From Campylobacterales bacterium (GTDB lineage Bacteria; Campylobacterota; Campylobacteria; Campylobacterales; Sulfurimonadaceae), in assembly GCA_038205935.1 (NCBI GenBank), contig JBBRBK010000017.1, forward strand, positions 1-34,336: a stretch of DNA of 34,336 bases. Direction: 5' to 3'. The notes under the pieces were generated by a model that was not told where the DNA came from, ran no database searches, and saw nothing but the letters and a program-made list of their open reading frames with translations. This document shows positions 10,137 through 20,919 of the stretch, in pieces. The translations under genes and the position numbers were made by a program. How positions within the stretch are numbered: the first letter of the stretch is position 1; each line of letters begins with the position of its first letter.

Positions 10137-10856
10137 CTACTCTTTGACTCTTCTTTTTCTCAAATGCAAAGTTGCTCTAATCAATCCATAGAATATATAA
10201 AGAGTAACAATCAATGCAAAACCCTCTATCGGATAGACAAAAACACCCAATGCAATACATAGTAGAAGTATAAATAAACGAAGCGTATAGCGCTTTGAAG
10301 GATTGATCTTTTTAAAACTTGGATATCGGATATTACTCACCATCAATAAAGAAACAAGGATTGAAGCGATAGGTAAAAGAAAAGAACACTGATGTAAGAA
10401 TTCATATTTTTGAAATAATAGAACTAAAATGGAGATAAAAACTGCAGCAGTAGGAATAGGAACACCTATAAAGACGGAGGGTTCTGTTTGTGCTGTCATA
10501 ACATTAAAACGAGCGAGACGTATAGCCCCAAATATTACAAACAGTGACGCAGTCACTATCCCAAATCTTGCGAATTCATGTCCGGCATACATGTAGAGCA
10601 AGATGGCAGGCGCGACGCCAAACGCAACTAAATCTGCTAAAGAATCAAACTCAACACCGAAACGACTACATGTATTTGTAAGTCTAGCAACTCTGCCATC
10701 TAGACCATCAAATATAAGAGCTAATACAATAAGCCAAGAAGCTATCGTAAACTCTCCACTGATTGAGTTGATGATACTCACGACACCGGCAAAAATACTA
10801 GAAGCTGTAAAAATATTAGGAAGTATATAAATTACACTTCTTCTTTTTGAATCCAT
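10137..10856 (-). CDS. pssA: CDP-diacylglycerol--serine O-phosphatidyltransferase
   Basis: DGLDGRVAR...G.EFDSLAD CDP-alcohol phosphotransferase motif; RLARFN. Confidence 0.95.
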   Translation of the reverse strand: MDSKRRSVIYILPNIFTASSIFAGVVSIINSISGEFTIASWLIVLALIFDGLDGRVARLTNTCSRFGVEFDSLADLVAFGVAPAILLYMYAGHEFARFGIVTASLFVIFGAIRLARFNVMTAQTEPSVFIGVPIPTAAVFISILVLLFQKYEFLHQCSFLLPIASILVSLLMVSNIRYPSFKKINPSKRYTLRLFILLLCIALGVFVYPIEGFALIVTLYIFYGLIRATLHLRKRRVKE

Positions 10857-10857
10857 C

Positions 10858-11484
10858 TTAGGACAAGTATCCTAAAAGTGTTTCTCCTGCTTTTACTTGT
10901 GAATCCAGCTGAACAGATAGTCTTGATGAGAGAGGGACGCTGATAACTGTCTTCCCTTTTGTCATCACACCATATCTTCTTCCTTGAGTGACATCGAGTC
11001 CTTCATGGAGATAAAGATTCAAATCATCGATGCTGTTATCTAACATATGTTGTACATGTACAACATTGTTATATCTATCTTCAAACACAAGCTCTACTTT
11101 CTCGTTTAAGAGTGCAGCCTTTTTAATATCGGTAGAAAGTCTTGCGCCACGTCTTAAATTTATAGACCGTACACTTGAAAAAAATGGAGCTCTTAGTATT
11201 GAGATATCAAATAATGAAGACTTAATAACAATCTCAAATCCGTTATCAAGAGTATTGATAGCTGTTATTTTTCCATCAACTGGACTAAGCAACGCTCCCT
11301 TTTGCATATACGGGATCTCTAGCTCAGGATTTCTATAGATAAAAACGAGTCCGATTAAACCCATTACACTAAAAAATCGTAAAAAAGTAAAATCTAAAAA
11401 TGTGAATACTAAAATAGCCCCAACAGCAATCGCAACATAAGTGTACCCAGCTTTTGAAACTATAAAAGTATCAGTTGTTGTCAT
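10858..11484 (-). CDS. Phosphatidylserine decarboxylase-related protein, catalytic motifs degenerate
   Basis: RNPE, SPVDGKI, QVKAGET motifs; lies between ftsH and pssA like Cj1115c; start MTTT overlaps the ftsH end. Confidence 0.8.
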   Translation of the reverse strand: MTTTDTFIVSKAGYTYVAIAVGAILVFTFLDFTFLRFFSVMGLIGLVFIYRNPELEIPYMQKGALLSPVDGKITAINTLDNGFEIVIKSSLFDISILRAPFFSSVRSINLRRGARLSTDIKKAALLNEKVELVFEDRYNNVVHVQHMLDNSIDDLNLYLHEGLDVTQGRRYGVMTKGKTVISVPLSSRLSVQLDSQVKAGETLLGYLS

Positions 11485-13480
11485 TTTTGTTCTCTTCTTC
11501 AATAATGTGACGTTTCTTCGCCATAGAAGCATCCTCTTTTAGTTCATCTGCAATCTCATTATGAACAGGTGAAAGTTTGGTCTCCATCTCATTGTCTTTT
11601 TCAAATTTTTCGATGATTTCACGAACATCTTCACCAGAAATATTTTCTTTGTCATACAATAAAGAGACCATATTTTCAATCGCTCCACGATATTCTTCAA
11701 GACTTTTCTTTACATCCACATAATGTTCACTTAGGCTGGTTTTAATGAAACTATCCATATTTTCAGCCATCTTTTCACTAAATTCTCTCGCAGCAGGAGC
11801 TCCACCGCCAAGAAATGATTGACGCTGTTTTTCTAGAACCATAAGTCCTGCAACATCTGTCATACCATATACCTGAACCATAGATTTTATGATATCAGTT
11901 GCACGTTCCAAGTCATTTCCAGCACCTGTAGAGATCTCACCTAAAAAGACTTCTTCGGCTCCGCGACCAGCAAGAAGCACGTCTACTTCAGCCCATAGTT
12001 CATGGCGTTGTGCCATAAACTTGTTTTCTTCTGGAGTATTAAGCGTATAACCAAGAGCGGCAAGTCCACGAGGAACGATAGAGACTTTCGATACCTTTTT
12101 CGCACCTTTTGTGATCTCTGCTAAAAGCGCATGACCACTTTCATGGTAAGCAACAATCTTTTTCTCTTTTGGATTAATACGGCGAGATTTTTTAGCAAGT
12201 CCAGCGATAGCACGTTCAACTGCTTCAAAAAGATCTTTTTGGCTTACACTTTTTTTACTCGCACGTCCCGCTAAAAGAGCACCTTCATTGATGATATTTG
12301 CCAAGTCCGCACCGGCAAGACCAGCTGTAATACGAGCTATCTCTTCAAGATCAATATCATCAGAAAGTTTTACATCTCTTACATGTACCTTTAATATCTG
12401 AATACGCCCCTCAAAATCAGGTTTATCTACAAGAACCTGTCTATCAAAACGTCCAGGACGCAAAAGTGCACTGTCTAAAACTTCTGGACGGTTCGTCGCA
12501 GCTAAAATAATAATAGGCGTATCAGTACCAAACCCATCCATTTCTGCAAGAAGTTGATTGAGAGTTTGCTCTCTCTCATCATTTCCTCCCATCATTCCAC
12601 CAGCAGCACGACTTTTTCCAATAGCATCGATCTCGTCTATAAAGATGATAGATGGAGCATCTTTTTTTGCCTGCTCAAAGAGATCACGAACACGCGCAGC
12701 ACCGACACCCACAAACATCTCGATAAAGCTAGAACCGCTCACAGAGAAAAATGGAACTTCCGCCTCACCTGCAACCGCTTTTGCCAAAAGAGTTTTTCCT
12801 GTTCCAGGACTTCCTACGAGTAAAACACCTTTAGGAATCTTTGCACCGAGTTCAACATAACGCTGAGGATATTTAAGAAAATCTACGATCTCTTGAACTT
12901 CCTCTTTTGCTTCTTGTACGCCCGCAACATCATCAAACTTTGTTTTCGGTTTTTCAGAATTGATAAGTTTTTTCGAATTTCCCATACCAAGAATTCCGCT
13001 TCCCATACTCTTTTGCATCCGTCCCGCAAAAAACATCCATATTCCAATAATAATCAAAAAGGGAAATAACCACCCAAACATCTCTGTAAACCAGTTAGAT
13101 TCACTAAATCCTGAATAATCTATATTTTCTTTATCTAACAAAGGAACTAAAGTATCATCACCACCTACAATACGCGTAGTATAAGAGATTTGTTTCCCAT
13201 CAGCACTGCCAGTAGCACGGATGTAAGTCTGCCCAATTTCTACTTTTTGCACTTTTTTATTGGTGATAAGCTCTTTGAGTTCCGAGTAGCTCACTTGCTT
13301 GTTTTGCGATGTTGAACCCATCCCTGAACCCATAGAACCAGTTGCTCCCTGATCTCCCATGAGTGATTTAAAAACCAATATAATAACAATAGAAAAAATT
13401 GCAAAAGTTATAAGTGGATTTTTATTGAAGAAATTATTATTTTTATTATTTTTATTATCGTTTGATTCTGGAGAACCCAT
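11471..13480 (-). CDS. ftsH: ATP-dependent zinc metalloprotease FtsH
   Basis: Two TMs, GSPGTGKT Walker A, DEIDA Walker B, RPGRFD, HESGH. Confidence 0.98.
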   Translation of the reverse strand: MGSPESNDNKNNKNNNFFNKNPLITFAIFSIVIILVFKSLMGDQGATGSMGSGMGSTSQNKQVSYSELKELITNKKVQKVEIGQTYIRATGSADGKQISYTTRIVGGDDTLVPLLDKENIDYSGFSESNWFTEMFGWLFPFLIIIGIWMFFAGRMQKSMGSGILGMGNSKKLINSEKPKTKFDDVAGVQEAKEEVQEIVDFLKYPQRYVELGAKIPKGVLLVGSPGTGKTLLAKAVAGEAEVPFFSVSGSSFIEMFVGVGAARVRDLFEQAKKDAPSIIFIDEIDAIGKSRAAGGMMGGNDEREQTLNQLLAEMDGFGTDTPIIILAATNRPEVLDSALLRPGRFDRQVLVDKPDFEGRIQILKVHVRDVKLSDDIDLEEIARITAGLAGADLANIINEGALLAGRASKKSVSQKDLFEAVERAIAGLAKKSRRINPKEKKIVAYHESGHALLAEITKGAKKVSKVSIVPRGLAALGYTLNTPEENKFMAQRHELWAEVDVLLAGRGAEEVFLGEISTGAGNDLERATDIIKSMVQVYGMTDVAGLMVLEKQRQSFLGGGAPAAREFSEKMAENMDSFIKTSLSEHYVDVKKSLEEYRGAIENMVSLLYDKENISGEDVREIIEKFEKDNEMETKLSPVHNEIADELKEDASMAKKRHIIEEENKNDNN

Positions 13481-13486
13481 TAGGTA

Positions 13487-14314
13487 CTATCCTCTTTTTA
13501 ATATTAATGTTATCCACTCGTCTTGCGTTATACGCTCCAACAATGAACAATCTTGATAAAACTTAAGCACTTTATTCTCATATTTATCCAATATTCCGGA
13601 CAAGATTAAAACGCCGTCAGGTTTTGTAATTTTTTTCAAATCACTTGCTATATATGTTAAAACATCAGCTACGATATTTGCTATAGTAACATCGTATGTT
13701 TTTTCACTCATTGCAGCCGAACCTTCCCAAATATTTCGGTAAGCGACACTATTTTCATAAGCATTGATAGTGGAGTTTTCCACTGAAATAGGATCAGTAT
13801 CACAGGCATCAGCGATAGCGCCAAGCTTCATACACGCAATACTCAAAATACCGCTTCCACACCCAACATCTATAACTTCATCACCATCTTTTATATACTT
13901 TGCAATGCCTTGAAGACAAGTTGCTGTTGTCGGATGATGTCCCGTACCAAAGGCTAAAGCAGGATCTAAAACAATATTTATGCGATCCTCCTTTGGTTCT
14001 TCCCAAGTCGGATAGATATAAAATGGCTCGATTTCAACTGGAGTTATCGCATCTTGATACTCTTTCACCCAGTCACTACTCTTTTCTTTAGTCAATACGC
14101 ATTCAACGTCTATAGAGGTATTTAATGCTTTTTGCAAAGCTTCTCTAAACTGCTCAATGCCCCATTCTATAGTTTCAAGTTCATCTTCACTGCGGATAAT
14201 GAAGCCCTCATCAATCTCTTCAAAGCCGACAGGAATCGTATCTGTTAAAAAGTCGCTGAAAAGATCGTAGTGAGAAGAAACTCTCACCACAAGTTGATTA
14301 TAGGATTCTTGCAT
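13487..14314 (-). CDS. prmA: Ribosomal protein L11 methyltransferase
   Basis: DPALAFGTGHHPTT, DVGCGSGIL, ANI, LSGIL. Confidence 0.96.
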   Translation of the reverse strand: MQESYNQLVVRVSSHYDLFSDFLTDTIPVGFEEIDEGFIIRSEDELETIEWGIEQFREALQKALNTSIDVECVLTKEKSSDWVKEYQDAITPVEIEPFYIYPTWEEPKEDRINIVLDPALAFGTGHHPTTATCLQGIAKYIKDGDEVIDVGCGSGILSIACMKLGAIADACDTDPISVENSTINAYENSVAYRNIWEGSAAMSEKTYDVTIANIVADVLTYIASDLKKITKPDGVLILSGILDKYENKVLKFYQDCSLLERITQDEWITLILKRG

Positions 14315-14688
14315 TAGGCCTCAATACCTAAAACTGCAGCGAGCTTTTCTTTAAGAACCTGAGGAGTAAAAGGCTTCACGATATAGTTATTAACACCTGC
14401 TTTTAGTGCTGTAATAACCTCGGCTTTACCGCCCTCTGTTGTAACCATAATAATCGGAAGGTCTTTAAAACGAGCATCCGCACGCACTTTTTTTACAAGT
14501 TCCAAACCGTTCATCTCAGGCATATTCCAGTCGGTGATCAGCATTCCAACATCCGTATTCTCATTCAGAACATTCCAACCTTGCACGCCATCTTCGCCCT
14601 CTAAGATATCTTTGTAGCCCAAGCGCTGTAAAGTATTTTTTATAATACGACGCATCGTCGAGCTGTCATCTACCACTAATAATTTCAA
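14314..14688 (-). CDS. cheY: Chemotaxis response regulator CheY
   Basis: VVDDSSTMRRI, DWNMPEMNG, YIVKPF; cheY-prmA-ftsH synteny. Confidence 0.97.
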   Translation of the reverse strand: MKLLVVDDSSTMRRIIKNTLQRLGYKDILEGEDGVQGWNVLNENTDVGMLITDWNMPEMNGLELVKKVRADARFKDLPIIMVTTEGGKAEVITALKAGVNNYIVKPFTPQVLKEKLAAVLGIEA

Positions 14689-14746
14689 ATATAATCCTTT
14701 GTATAAATTATATATTTTTTAGAATTTTGACTAATAATAGCCTAAC

Positions 14747-15460
14747 TTAGTTTGAATTAACTTTAAATAAGGCCTCTAAATCCAAAGTACCCTCGTAGTA
14801 TGCCTTTCCAATGATGACCCCATCTATCTCATTAGTTGCCATTAAAGCTTCAATATCTGCTGCATCTTTTACGCCGCCGCTTGCAATTGTACTGACTCCG
14901 CTTGCTCTAGCAATCTCAAGGGTAAACTCTACATTTACACCGCTTAATGTCCCATCTTTACCAACATCTGTACAGATAATCGCTTCTACTCCTGCATTTG
15001 CAAATTCACGCGCGAGATCAGTTGCTCTCATGTTGCTTACTTCACCCCAGCCCTCAACAGCCACAAATCCATCAATAGCATCTATGCCAACGGCGATTGG
15101 ATATTTTGCAGCCATCTCTTTGACAAAAGCTGGATCTTTTACAGCGATCGAACCTAAAATGATTCTATCGATTCCAATTTCAAGCATTTTTTGTATCGTT
15201 TTTTCATCACGGATACCGCCACCAAGCTCAAGTTTGACATTACAGTTTTCTCGTATCTTAATGATCTGTTCGAGATTTTTTGGTTCACCTGCAAATGCAC
15301 CGTTAAGATCCACAATGTGCACCCATGTGGCACCCATCTCTTCAAATTTCTTCACAAGTTCCCACGGTTCATTTGAGTATATTTTTGCGCTGTCCATCAG
15401 TCCTTTAGTAAGGCGAACTGCTTTTCCATCTTTTAAATCTATTGCCGGATATAAAGTCAT
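14747..15460 (-). CDS. hisA: ProFAR isomerase
   Basis: [34 protein letters not shown]. Confidence 0.97.
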   Translation of the reverse strand: MTLYPAIDLKDGKAVRLTKGLMDSAKIYSNEPWELVKKFEEMGATWVHIVDLNGAFAGEPKNLEQIIKIRENCNVKLELGGGIRDEKTIQKMLEIGIDRIILGSIAVKDPAFVKEMAAKYPIAVGIDAIDGFVAVEGWGEVSNMRATDLAREFANAGVEAIICTDVGKDGTLSGVNVEFTLEIARASGVSTIASGGVKDAADIEALMATNEIDGVIIGKAYYEGTLDLEALFKVNSN

Positions 15461-15477
15461 ATTAATTGTTACTCCTA

Positions 15478-16089
15478 TTACAGTTGTATAAAATTTTCTA
15501 AGATTCTAAGACCATTGTTATGGCTTTTTTCAGGATGCGGTTGAATACCAAGAATATTATCTCGTGCTATTGCACTAGTAAATTTATATCCATACTCCGT
15601 CTCACCGATACTGTCTGAGTCATTCTCGCAGACTACATGAAATGAGTGTACAAAATAAAGATAATGAGACTCATCTAATCCATTAAAGAGTTGATGCCCT
15701 TTTGTAAACATACGGTTCCATCCCATGTGCGGTACTTTTAAAGGATGAGAAAATTTGCTTTGATCAAACTCTATCACTTTGCCTTTGATAAGTCCCAGTC
15801 CCTCATTTGGACCAAACTCTTCACTGCTTTGGAAAAGAAGTTGCATACCAAGGCAAATACCAAACATATATTTTCCACTTTTTGCATACTCTTTGAGTGC
15901 TTCATCCATCGAACGCTCTTTAAGATGCTCCATCGCATCGCCGTATGCACCTACTCCCGGAAGAATCAGTTTGTCATAGAGTTTAAATTTTTCAGGATCA
16001 GAGACAATCGCCACATCTTCACCGAGCTTTGCAAAAGCATTTTTGACACTTGCCAGATTTCCCATATTATAATCGACGATTGCTATCAT
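15478..16089 (-). CDS. hisH: Imidazole glycerol phosphate synthase glutaminase subunit
   Basis: LPGVG, GICLGMQ, PHMGWN, YFVHS, HPEKS. Confidence 0.97.
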   Translation of the reverse strand: MIAIVDYNMGNLASVKNAFAKLGEDVAIVSDPEKFKLYDKLILPGVGAYGDAMEHLKERSMDEALKEYAKSGKYMFGICLGMQLLFQSSEEFGPNEGLGLIKGKVIEFDQSKFSHPLKVPHMGWNRMFTKGHQLFNGLDESHYLYFVHSFHVVCENDSDSIGETEYGYKFTSAIARDNILGIQPHPEKSHNNGLRILENFIQL

Positions 16090-16991
16090 TTTTGACTTTT
16101 CTCTTGTGTAGATTTTAAATATACTGCCAAACTCACTATCATTACACTAACCCCGCCCATAATATATAGAGCATATAAAAGCTTTTCCGGATCAGTTATA
16201 GCAAACTTAAATACAAGCATCAAAGCTTCGATAGAAAGGGCAATGATAATAGAACCTAAGAACTTGACCATAGTTTTATGTGCTCCCGAAATATTGTGCT
16301 CTTGATTCTGCCCTGTTATCTCTTCTTCAATAATTGTCTTAGTAAGATCAAACATCGCTAAAGAAAGAGTCAGTAAAATAGTCGCTTCAAACACATTTTT
16401 AATCTCAAAATTATTCACTGTAATCTCATTAACAAAAAAGCTCTGAATCCCTTTGAAAAATAAAAGAATGGCAATAGCAATCAGGGCCACTGCAAAAATG
16501 CCGTACGAGATCTTAAAAAAATTATTGAAAAAAGTATCTAAGGTATTGAGATGCGCAATTTTTAAAACCTCATCAAAAGGCATATCTATGCAGGCTACAT
16601 ATTTTATTTCACCTTTTTCATCATAAATCGGTGTTGATGCAGTCACTGTAAGTTCTGAACTCAAAAGTGATGGATAAGGATCAGTTATAGTACATCGATG
16701 TTCTCTTACCGCACGGTAGTAATAAGCACGATCAGCACGAATTTTTCCTATATCTTCATCTATATGTTCAGCTTTTTTATAGGTAGGTGACACCTGAATA
16801 CCCTTGTAATCTAAGAGATAAACAGCATCACAATTTTCAAGATCAGCTTTAATCTTTAAAAGTCTTGGCATAATCATCTCAGGCGAAAGTGAAGGAAGTC
16901 TATCAGGAATATTTTTTGAAAAAAGATAACAAAAATAAGCTCGAGCTTTAGTTCTGCCTTTTGAAAAATCTTGAATATCAGATGCAACCAT
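16086..16991 (-). CDS. Cache/PDC-domain membrane protein (PglG/WlaM-like, Cj1119c-like)
   Basis: N-terminal Cache motif (RAYY...ITDPYPS...TASTPI) plus four C-terminal TMs; upstream of cheY. Confidence 0.7.
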   Translation of the reverse strand: MVASDIQDFSKGRTKARAYFCYLFSKNIPDRLPSLSPEMIMPRLLKIKADLENCDAVYLLDYKGIQVSPTYKKAEHIDEDIGKIRADRAYYYRAVREHRCTITDPYPSLLSSELTVTASTPIYDEKGEIKYVACIDMPFDEVLKIAHLNTLDTFFNNFFKISYGIFAVALIAIAILLFFKGIQSFFVNEITVNNFEIKNVFEATILLTLSLAMFDLTKTIIEEEITGQNQEHNISGAHKTMVKFLGSIIIALSIEALMLVFKFAITDPEKLLYALYIMGGVSVMIVSLAVYLKSTQEKSQK

Positions 16992-17021
16992 TGAGAACCT
17001 TTTATATCAAATTATTTTGCG

Positions 17022-17030
17022 ATTATAGCA
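17022..17030 (-). promoter_or_regulatory. Extended -10 promoter (TGCTATAAT)
   Basis: Perfect TGnTATAAT 30 nt upstream of the pglG-like start. Confidence 0.7.
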
Positions 17031-17043
17031 TCATATTTTTAAA

Positions 17044-17955
17044 TTAACCGACCTCATAAATGGCCTCTTTTGTCTCACAGCGGTTATACTCACACTGAAA
17101 AGTTGTATGGGTTATTCCAAAATCTTTTTCCAAAATCTCTTCCAAAGAATCTAATATGATGTCACATTCCCCAAGCGTGATATTTTCTTTAAACTCAAGA
17201 TGTGCTTCTAGATGTATTCTGTTATCATCAAGCTGCCAAAGATGGATATGATGTATATTTGTAATTTGCCTTTGAGTCTGCATAATCTTACGAGTCACTT
17301 CTTCAAGCTCGATTCCCTCGGGTGTAAACTGCATTAACACAGAGAGTGAAACTTTCATCAAACTCCAAGAAGAAACTATGAGGTAAAGAGCTATGATGAT
17401 TGATACAAGTGGATCAATCCAATATATTTCATAAAAGTACATGAGTAACCCACCGACTACTACTGCTATGGATGTTAACATATCTGTTAAGAGATGAAGA
17501 TATGCCGCTTTTATATTCATATTATGATCTGCATCATCTTTTATAAACAGTACACCAAGTGCATTTAAGAATATACTTAAAATCCCTAGCCATACAACAA
17601 TCAAAGAGTCAATATTTTGAGGATTTATAAGCTTCTCATATGCCTCGTAAATCAAAAATATCGCGACTGCCATTAAAACAGATGTATTGAAAAATGCAGC
17701 AATTATCTCAGCACGTTTATATCCAAAAGTTTTACTCGGTGTATTTTTTTTATGAGAAAGATAGTTTGCAATATAAGCAATTATCAGGGTTAGCACATCG
17801 CTAAAATTATGTAAAGCATCACTAAGGAGTGCAAGTGAGCCTGAAAATATTCCACCGATGATTTGTGCTACTGTAATAGTAAGATTTAAAAGGATTGCTA
17901 TAAAAAGGTTTTTTCCGCTGACATTGTGGTGATGGTCGTGGTGATGCTCTGACAT
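17044..17955 (-). CDS. czcD: Cation diffusion facilitator (CzcD/ZitB-like Zn/Co/Cd exporter)
   Basis: His-rich N-terminus, SDALHNFSD, TFGYKRAE, HLLTD, HHIHLW, HTTFQ. Confidence 0.9.
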   Translation of the reverse strand: MSEHHHDHHHNVSGKNLFIAILLNLTITVAQIIGGIFSGSLALLSDALHNFSDVLTLIIAYIANYLSHKKNTPSKTFGYKRAEIIAAFFNTSVLMAVAIFLIYEAYEKLINPQNIDSLIVVWLGILSIFLNALGVLFIKDDADHNMNIKAAYLHLLTDMLTSIAVVVGGLLMYFYEIYWIDPLVSIIIALYLIVSSWSLMKVSLSVLMQFTPEGIELEEVTRKIMQTQRQITNIHHIHLWQLDDNRIHLEAHLEFKENITLGECDIILDSLEEILEKDFGITHTTFQCEYNRCETKEAIYEVG

Positions 17956-17989
17956 TTGTTATTCCGCCGGTTTTGATATAATACGCCTT

Positions 17990-18994
17990 ATGAAACTTGA
18001 TCACATCGCCATCGTGCGACTCTCAGCTCTTGGGGATATTGTTAATGCCACAATTGTACTACAATTTATAAAGCAAAAATATCCTGATATAAAAATCGAC
18101 TGGATCACCGAAGAGGTTTTTGCACCACTCTTATATGAACACCCGTTCATACACAAAGTCCACACCATCAATCTCAAAAAAATGAAAAAAGAAAAAAGCT
18201 TTTCGCTACTGAAAAAAACTGTCTCAAAACTGCAAAACCTTCCAAAATATGATCTCATTATTGATATGCAAGGACTTTTAAAATCTGCTCTAGTGGCGCG
18301 TTTTATAGGCAAAAAAATCCACGGGTATGATAAAAATTCAGGAAGAGAAAAACTTTCTTCTCTCTTTTACTCATCTACTTCAAATATCCCTTATGACATA
18401 AATGTCATAAAACGAAATGTGCTACTTATCAACGATGCACTTGACTTATACCCAAAGGGCACTTCGCATGTAAGCGATGCGATGATAGAAAATAAACTTC
18501 CTACTCTGCCCTCTTATGAAAAACTTTCATTTACGCAAGATGAGTACTGTATTTTTGTTATCGGTGCTTCATGGGAGAGCAAGATCTATCCAAAAGAAAG
18601 AGTGGTAGATGTTTGCAATACGCTGCCCTATACGACTTACCTTATCTGGGGAAATGAGAAAGAAAAAAGCGATGCAGAGTTTATAGCAGCTAACTCGAAA
18701 AATGCAGAAATAACTCCAAAACTAAGTCTTCAAGAACTTTGCGCACTTATCTCACATGCAGAACTTGTCATCGGTAACGATACAGGTCCAACACATATGG
18801 CATGGGCTTACAACATCCCTTCCATTACACTTTTTGGACCAACGAATGAGAGGATGATCTATCCAACTGTTCAAAATATCGCTATCCATTCAGATTCAGC
18901 GGTAGATATATTTCACATAAATAAAAATGATCTGTCGATAAAAAACATCTCCCCACAAAACATTATAGACAAAGCAAAGGAGCTTTTACAATGA
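17990..18994 (+). CDS. waaC: Lipopolysaccharide heptosyltransferase I with a 6-aa YPKGTS insertion
   Basis: VRLSALGDIV, DMQGLLKSA, GNDTGPTHMA, LFGPT; upstream of htrB. Confidence 0.93.
   Translation: MKLDHIAIVRLSALGDIVNATIVLQFIKQKYPDIKIDWITEEVFAPLLYEHPFIHKVHTINLKKMKKEKSFSLLKKTVSKLQNLPKYDLIIDMQGLLKSALVARFIGKKIHGYDKNSGREKLSSLFYSSTSNIPYDINVIKRNVLLINDALDLYPKGTSHVSDAMIENKLPTLPSYEKLSFTQDEYCIFVIGASWESKIYPKERVVDVCNTLPYTTYLIWGNEKEKSDAEFIAANSKNAEITPKLSLQELCALISHAELVIGNDTGPTHMAWAYNIPSITLFGPTNERMIYPTVQNIAIHSDSAVDIFHINKNDLSIKNISPQNIIDKAKELLQ
18449..18466 (+). repeat. 18-bp hairpin micro-insertion, copy 1 (in-frame in waaC)
   Basis: CTTA[TACCCAAAGGGCACTTCG]CATGTAAG; removing it restores the palindrome CTTACATGTAAG; 17/18 identical to the copy at 23972-23989. 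Confidence 0.9.
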
Positions 18995-19881
18995 TAGGTT
19001 TTTACCTTTTTTTAATTTTTGAAAAATTTTTAATGTTGTTACCAAAAAAAGTCAGACGCGCATTTTTTATCTCACTTGCAAATATCGCTTATCTTCTTAG
19101 TAAGAGATATACAAAAGTCGTAAAGCAAAATCTGGAGTTTGTCTATGGCAAAGAGCTTGACGATAAATTCATCGAAGAGATTACAAGATACTCGTACAAA
19201 TCTCTTTTGCTCAACTTTTTATATACTTTAGAAGGACATTACTACACTGTTGAAGATATTGCCAAAAAAGTAAAATTTGAAAATTTAGAGATTATCCAAA
19301 AGATTCAAGCGCAAAATCGTCCTATCATTTTTGTGACTGCACACTATGGTGCATGGGAGCTTGGTGCGCAGATGCTCAGTGCGTGTGTCGAGCCGATTAT
19401 GGTCGTCTATAAAGGGATGAACAACAAATATTTTGAAAACTATCTTCTCGCTTCGCGTGTAAAATGGAAGATGGATTATGCTGAAAAACACGGTGCGGCA
19501 AAAGAGATAGTCAAAAGATTACGTGCAAAAAAAGCGGTTGCTATTTTAATGGATATCAATGTCAAGGTACAAGATGGTGTAAAGGTGGAGTTTTTAAATC
19601 ACATGACACGTCAGCTCAAATCACCAGCTTATTTTGCTAAAAAATTTGACGCTGCACTCATCCCAATACTTATCCATGCAGATGAAAAAGATGAGAACTA
19701 TACCATTCATGTTTATGAAGAGATAATCCCCCCGGAAACTGGCGATATTGAAAACGACATACTTATCACGACACAAATGGAAGCCGCATGGCTAAGTCAA
19801 GAGATACTCAAAAATCCTAAACCGTGGTTCTGGGTTCATAGACGCTGGAAAAACGATTATCCAGAAATCTACAAAAAATAA
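18991..19881 (+). CDS. htrB: Lipid A biosynthesis late acyltransferase (LpxL/HtrB)
   Basis: TAHYGAWE (HX4E), WFWVHRRWK. Confidence 0.93.
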   Translation: MIGFYLFLIFEKFLMLLPKKVRRAFFISLANIAYLLSKRYTKVVKQNLEFVYGKELDDKFIEEITRYSYKSLLLNFLYTLEGHYYTVEDIAKKVKFENLEIIQKIQAQNRPIIFVTAHYGAWELGAQMLSACVEPIMVVYKGMNNKYFENYLLASRVKWKMDYAEKHGAAKEIVKRLRAKKAVAILMDINVKVQDGVKVEFLNHMTRQLKSPAYFAKKFDAALIPILIHADEKDENYTIHVYEEIIPPETGDIENDILITTQMEAAWLSQEILKNPKPWFWVHRRWKNDYPEIYKK

Positions 19882-19887
19882 TCTCTC

Positions 19888-20919
19888 TTATTGCTCTGTT
19901 GATTTTGCTTCAACAAGCTTGAGCAGTGCCAAGAAAAATGAAGTAATTGCAGGGCCGAGGATCATACCCCAAAATCCAAAAGTAGCAAGTCCTGCTAAAA
20001 TCGCAAAGAAAATTACCATCTCGTTTAACTGCAAGTTTGATTTAATAAATCGGATATTGATCTCTCGAATAATGAGAGGTTTGATGAAAGTATCAGCGAT
20101 GATCGATATCATAACTATTGAATAGATAGCTATAAAGAGGGCTCCATTTGTATTGCCGAAGCTATATTCATATGCCGCAAAAGGCACCCACATTAAAGCG
20201 CCTCCGACAACTGGAATCAGTGAAGCAAAACCATACATAATCCCAAATAAAATACCGTTATAACCCATAAAAGCGATAGCCACACCAAATAATGCACCCT
20301 CAAACATCGCCGTTGCTAGGATAGAGTAAAAGACAGTGCTCATAACAGAAGAAAGTTCGTATGTTAAAAGTTTATTATCATCCTCTTCAAGCTTCACCAC
20401 TTTCTTAACAAATGTGATAATCGCTTCTCCGTTATACTGAGAAAAGAAATAAAACACAATCACTAAAAGTGCATTTTTGATATATCCAGCACTGTATGAA
20501 CCAATAGTGCCTGCATAAGAAACCGCTGTCGATGCAATATTTTTGAGTTGAAAATCTTGAATCATACTGTTTACGTAAGGCTTTAAAAAGAGCAAAGATT
20601 CAGGTGGATTATCAAGAAGATTTTGCATCGAGTTTTCTACTTGTGTAATAATCGCTGGATTAATATTGTTTAGCTGTATGGAAAAGCTTGCCAAGAAATA
20701 CCCAAGCGGCGCAAAAAAGAGCAGTGCGAGTAAAAAAGTAGAGAGCAAACTGCCAAAAAATCTTGACTTAGTTATATTTGTAAAGTAGCATTGTATATTT
20801 GCCGTAGAGATCGCCAAAAGCGCAGCGATAAGCATAGTGAGTAAAAATGGCTCGTAAAGACGATACATCCAATAAAGTGCGCCTCCAAAAAGGACAATAA
20901 GCAGGTGTTGTGGTTTCAT
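19888..20919 (-). CDS. AI-2E family transporter (AmaA-like)
   Basis: Multi-TM, DTFIKP, FGFWGMILGP; downstream of ruvB as in Campylobacter. Confidence 0.88.
   Translation of the reverse strand: MKPQHLLIVLFGGALYWMYRLYEPFLLTMLIAALLAISTANIQCYFTNITKSRFFGSLLSTFLLALLFFAPLGYFLASFSIQLNNINPAIITQVENSMQNLLDNPPESLLFLKPYVNSMIQDFQLKNIASTAVSYAGTIGSYSAGYIKNALLVIVFYFFSQYNGEAIITFVKKVVKLEEDDNKLLTYELSSVMSTVFYSILATAMFEGALFGVAIAFMGYNGILFGIMYGFASLIPVVGGALMWVPFAAYEYSFGNTNGALFIAIYSIVMISIIADTFIKPLIIREINIRFIKSNLQLNEMVIFFAILAGLATFGFWGMILGPAITSFFLALLKLVEAKSTEQ

Noticed and set aside
13418..13465. Asn/Lys-rich low-complexity repeat at the ftsH start
   Set aside because: Ordinary N-terminal feature of Campylobacterota FtsH.
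14811..15491. 226-aa antisense ORF, and other antisense ORFs over AI-2E, pssA, ftsH, panB, exbD and the RM gene
   Set aside because: Shadows of well-supported genes on the opposite strand or in another frame.
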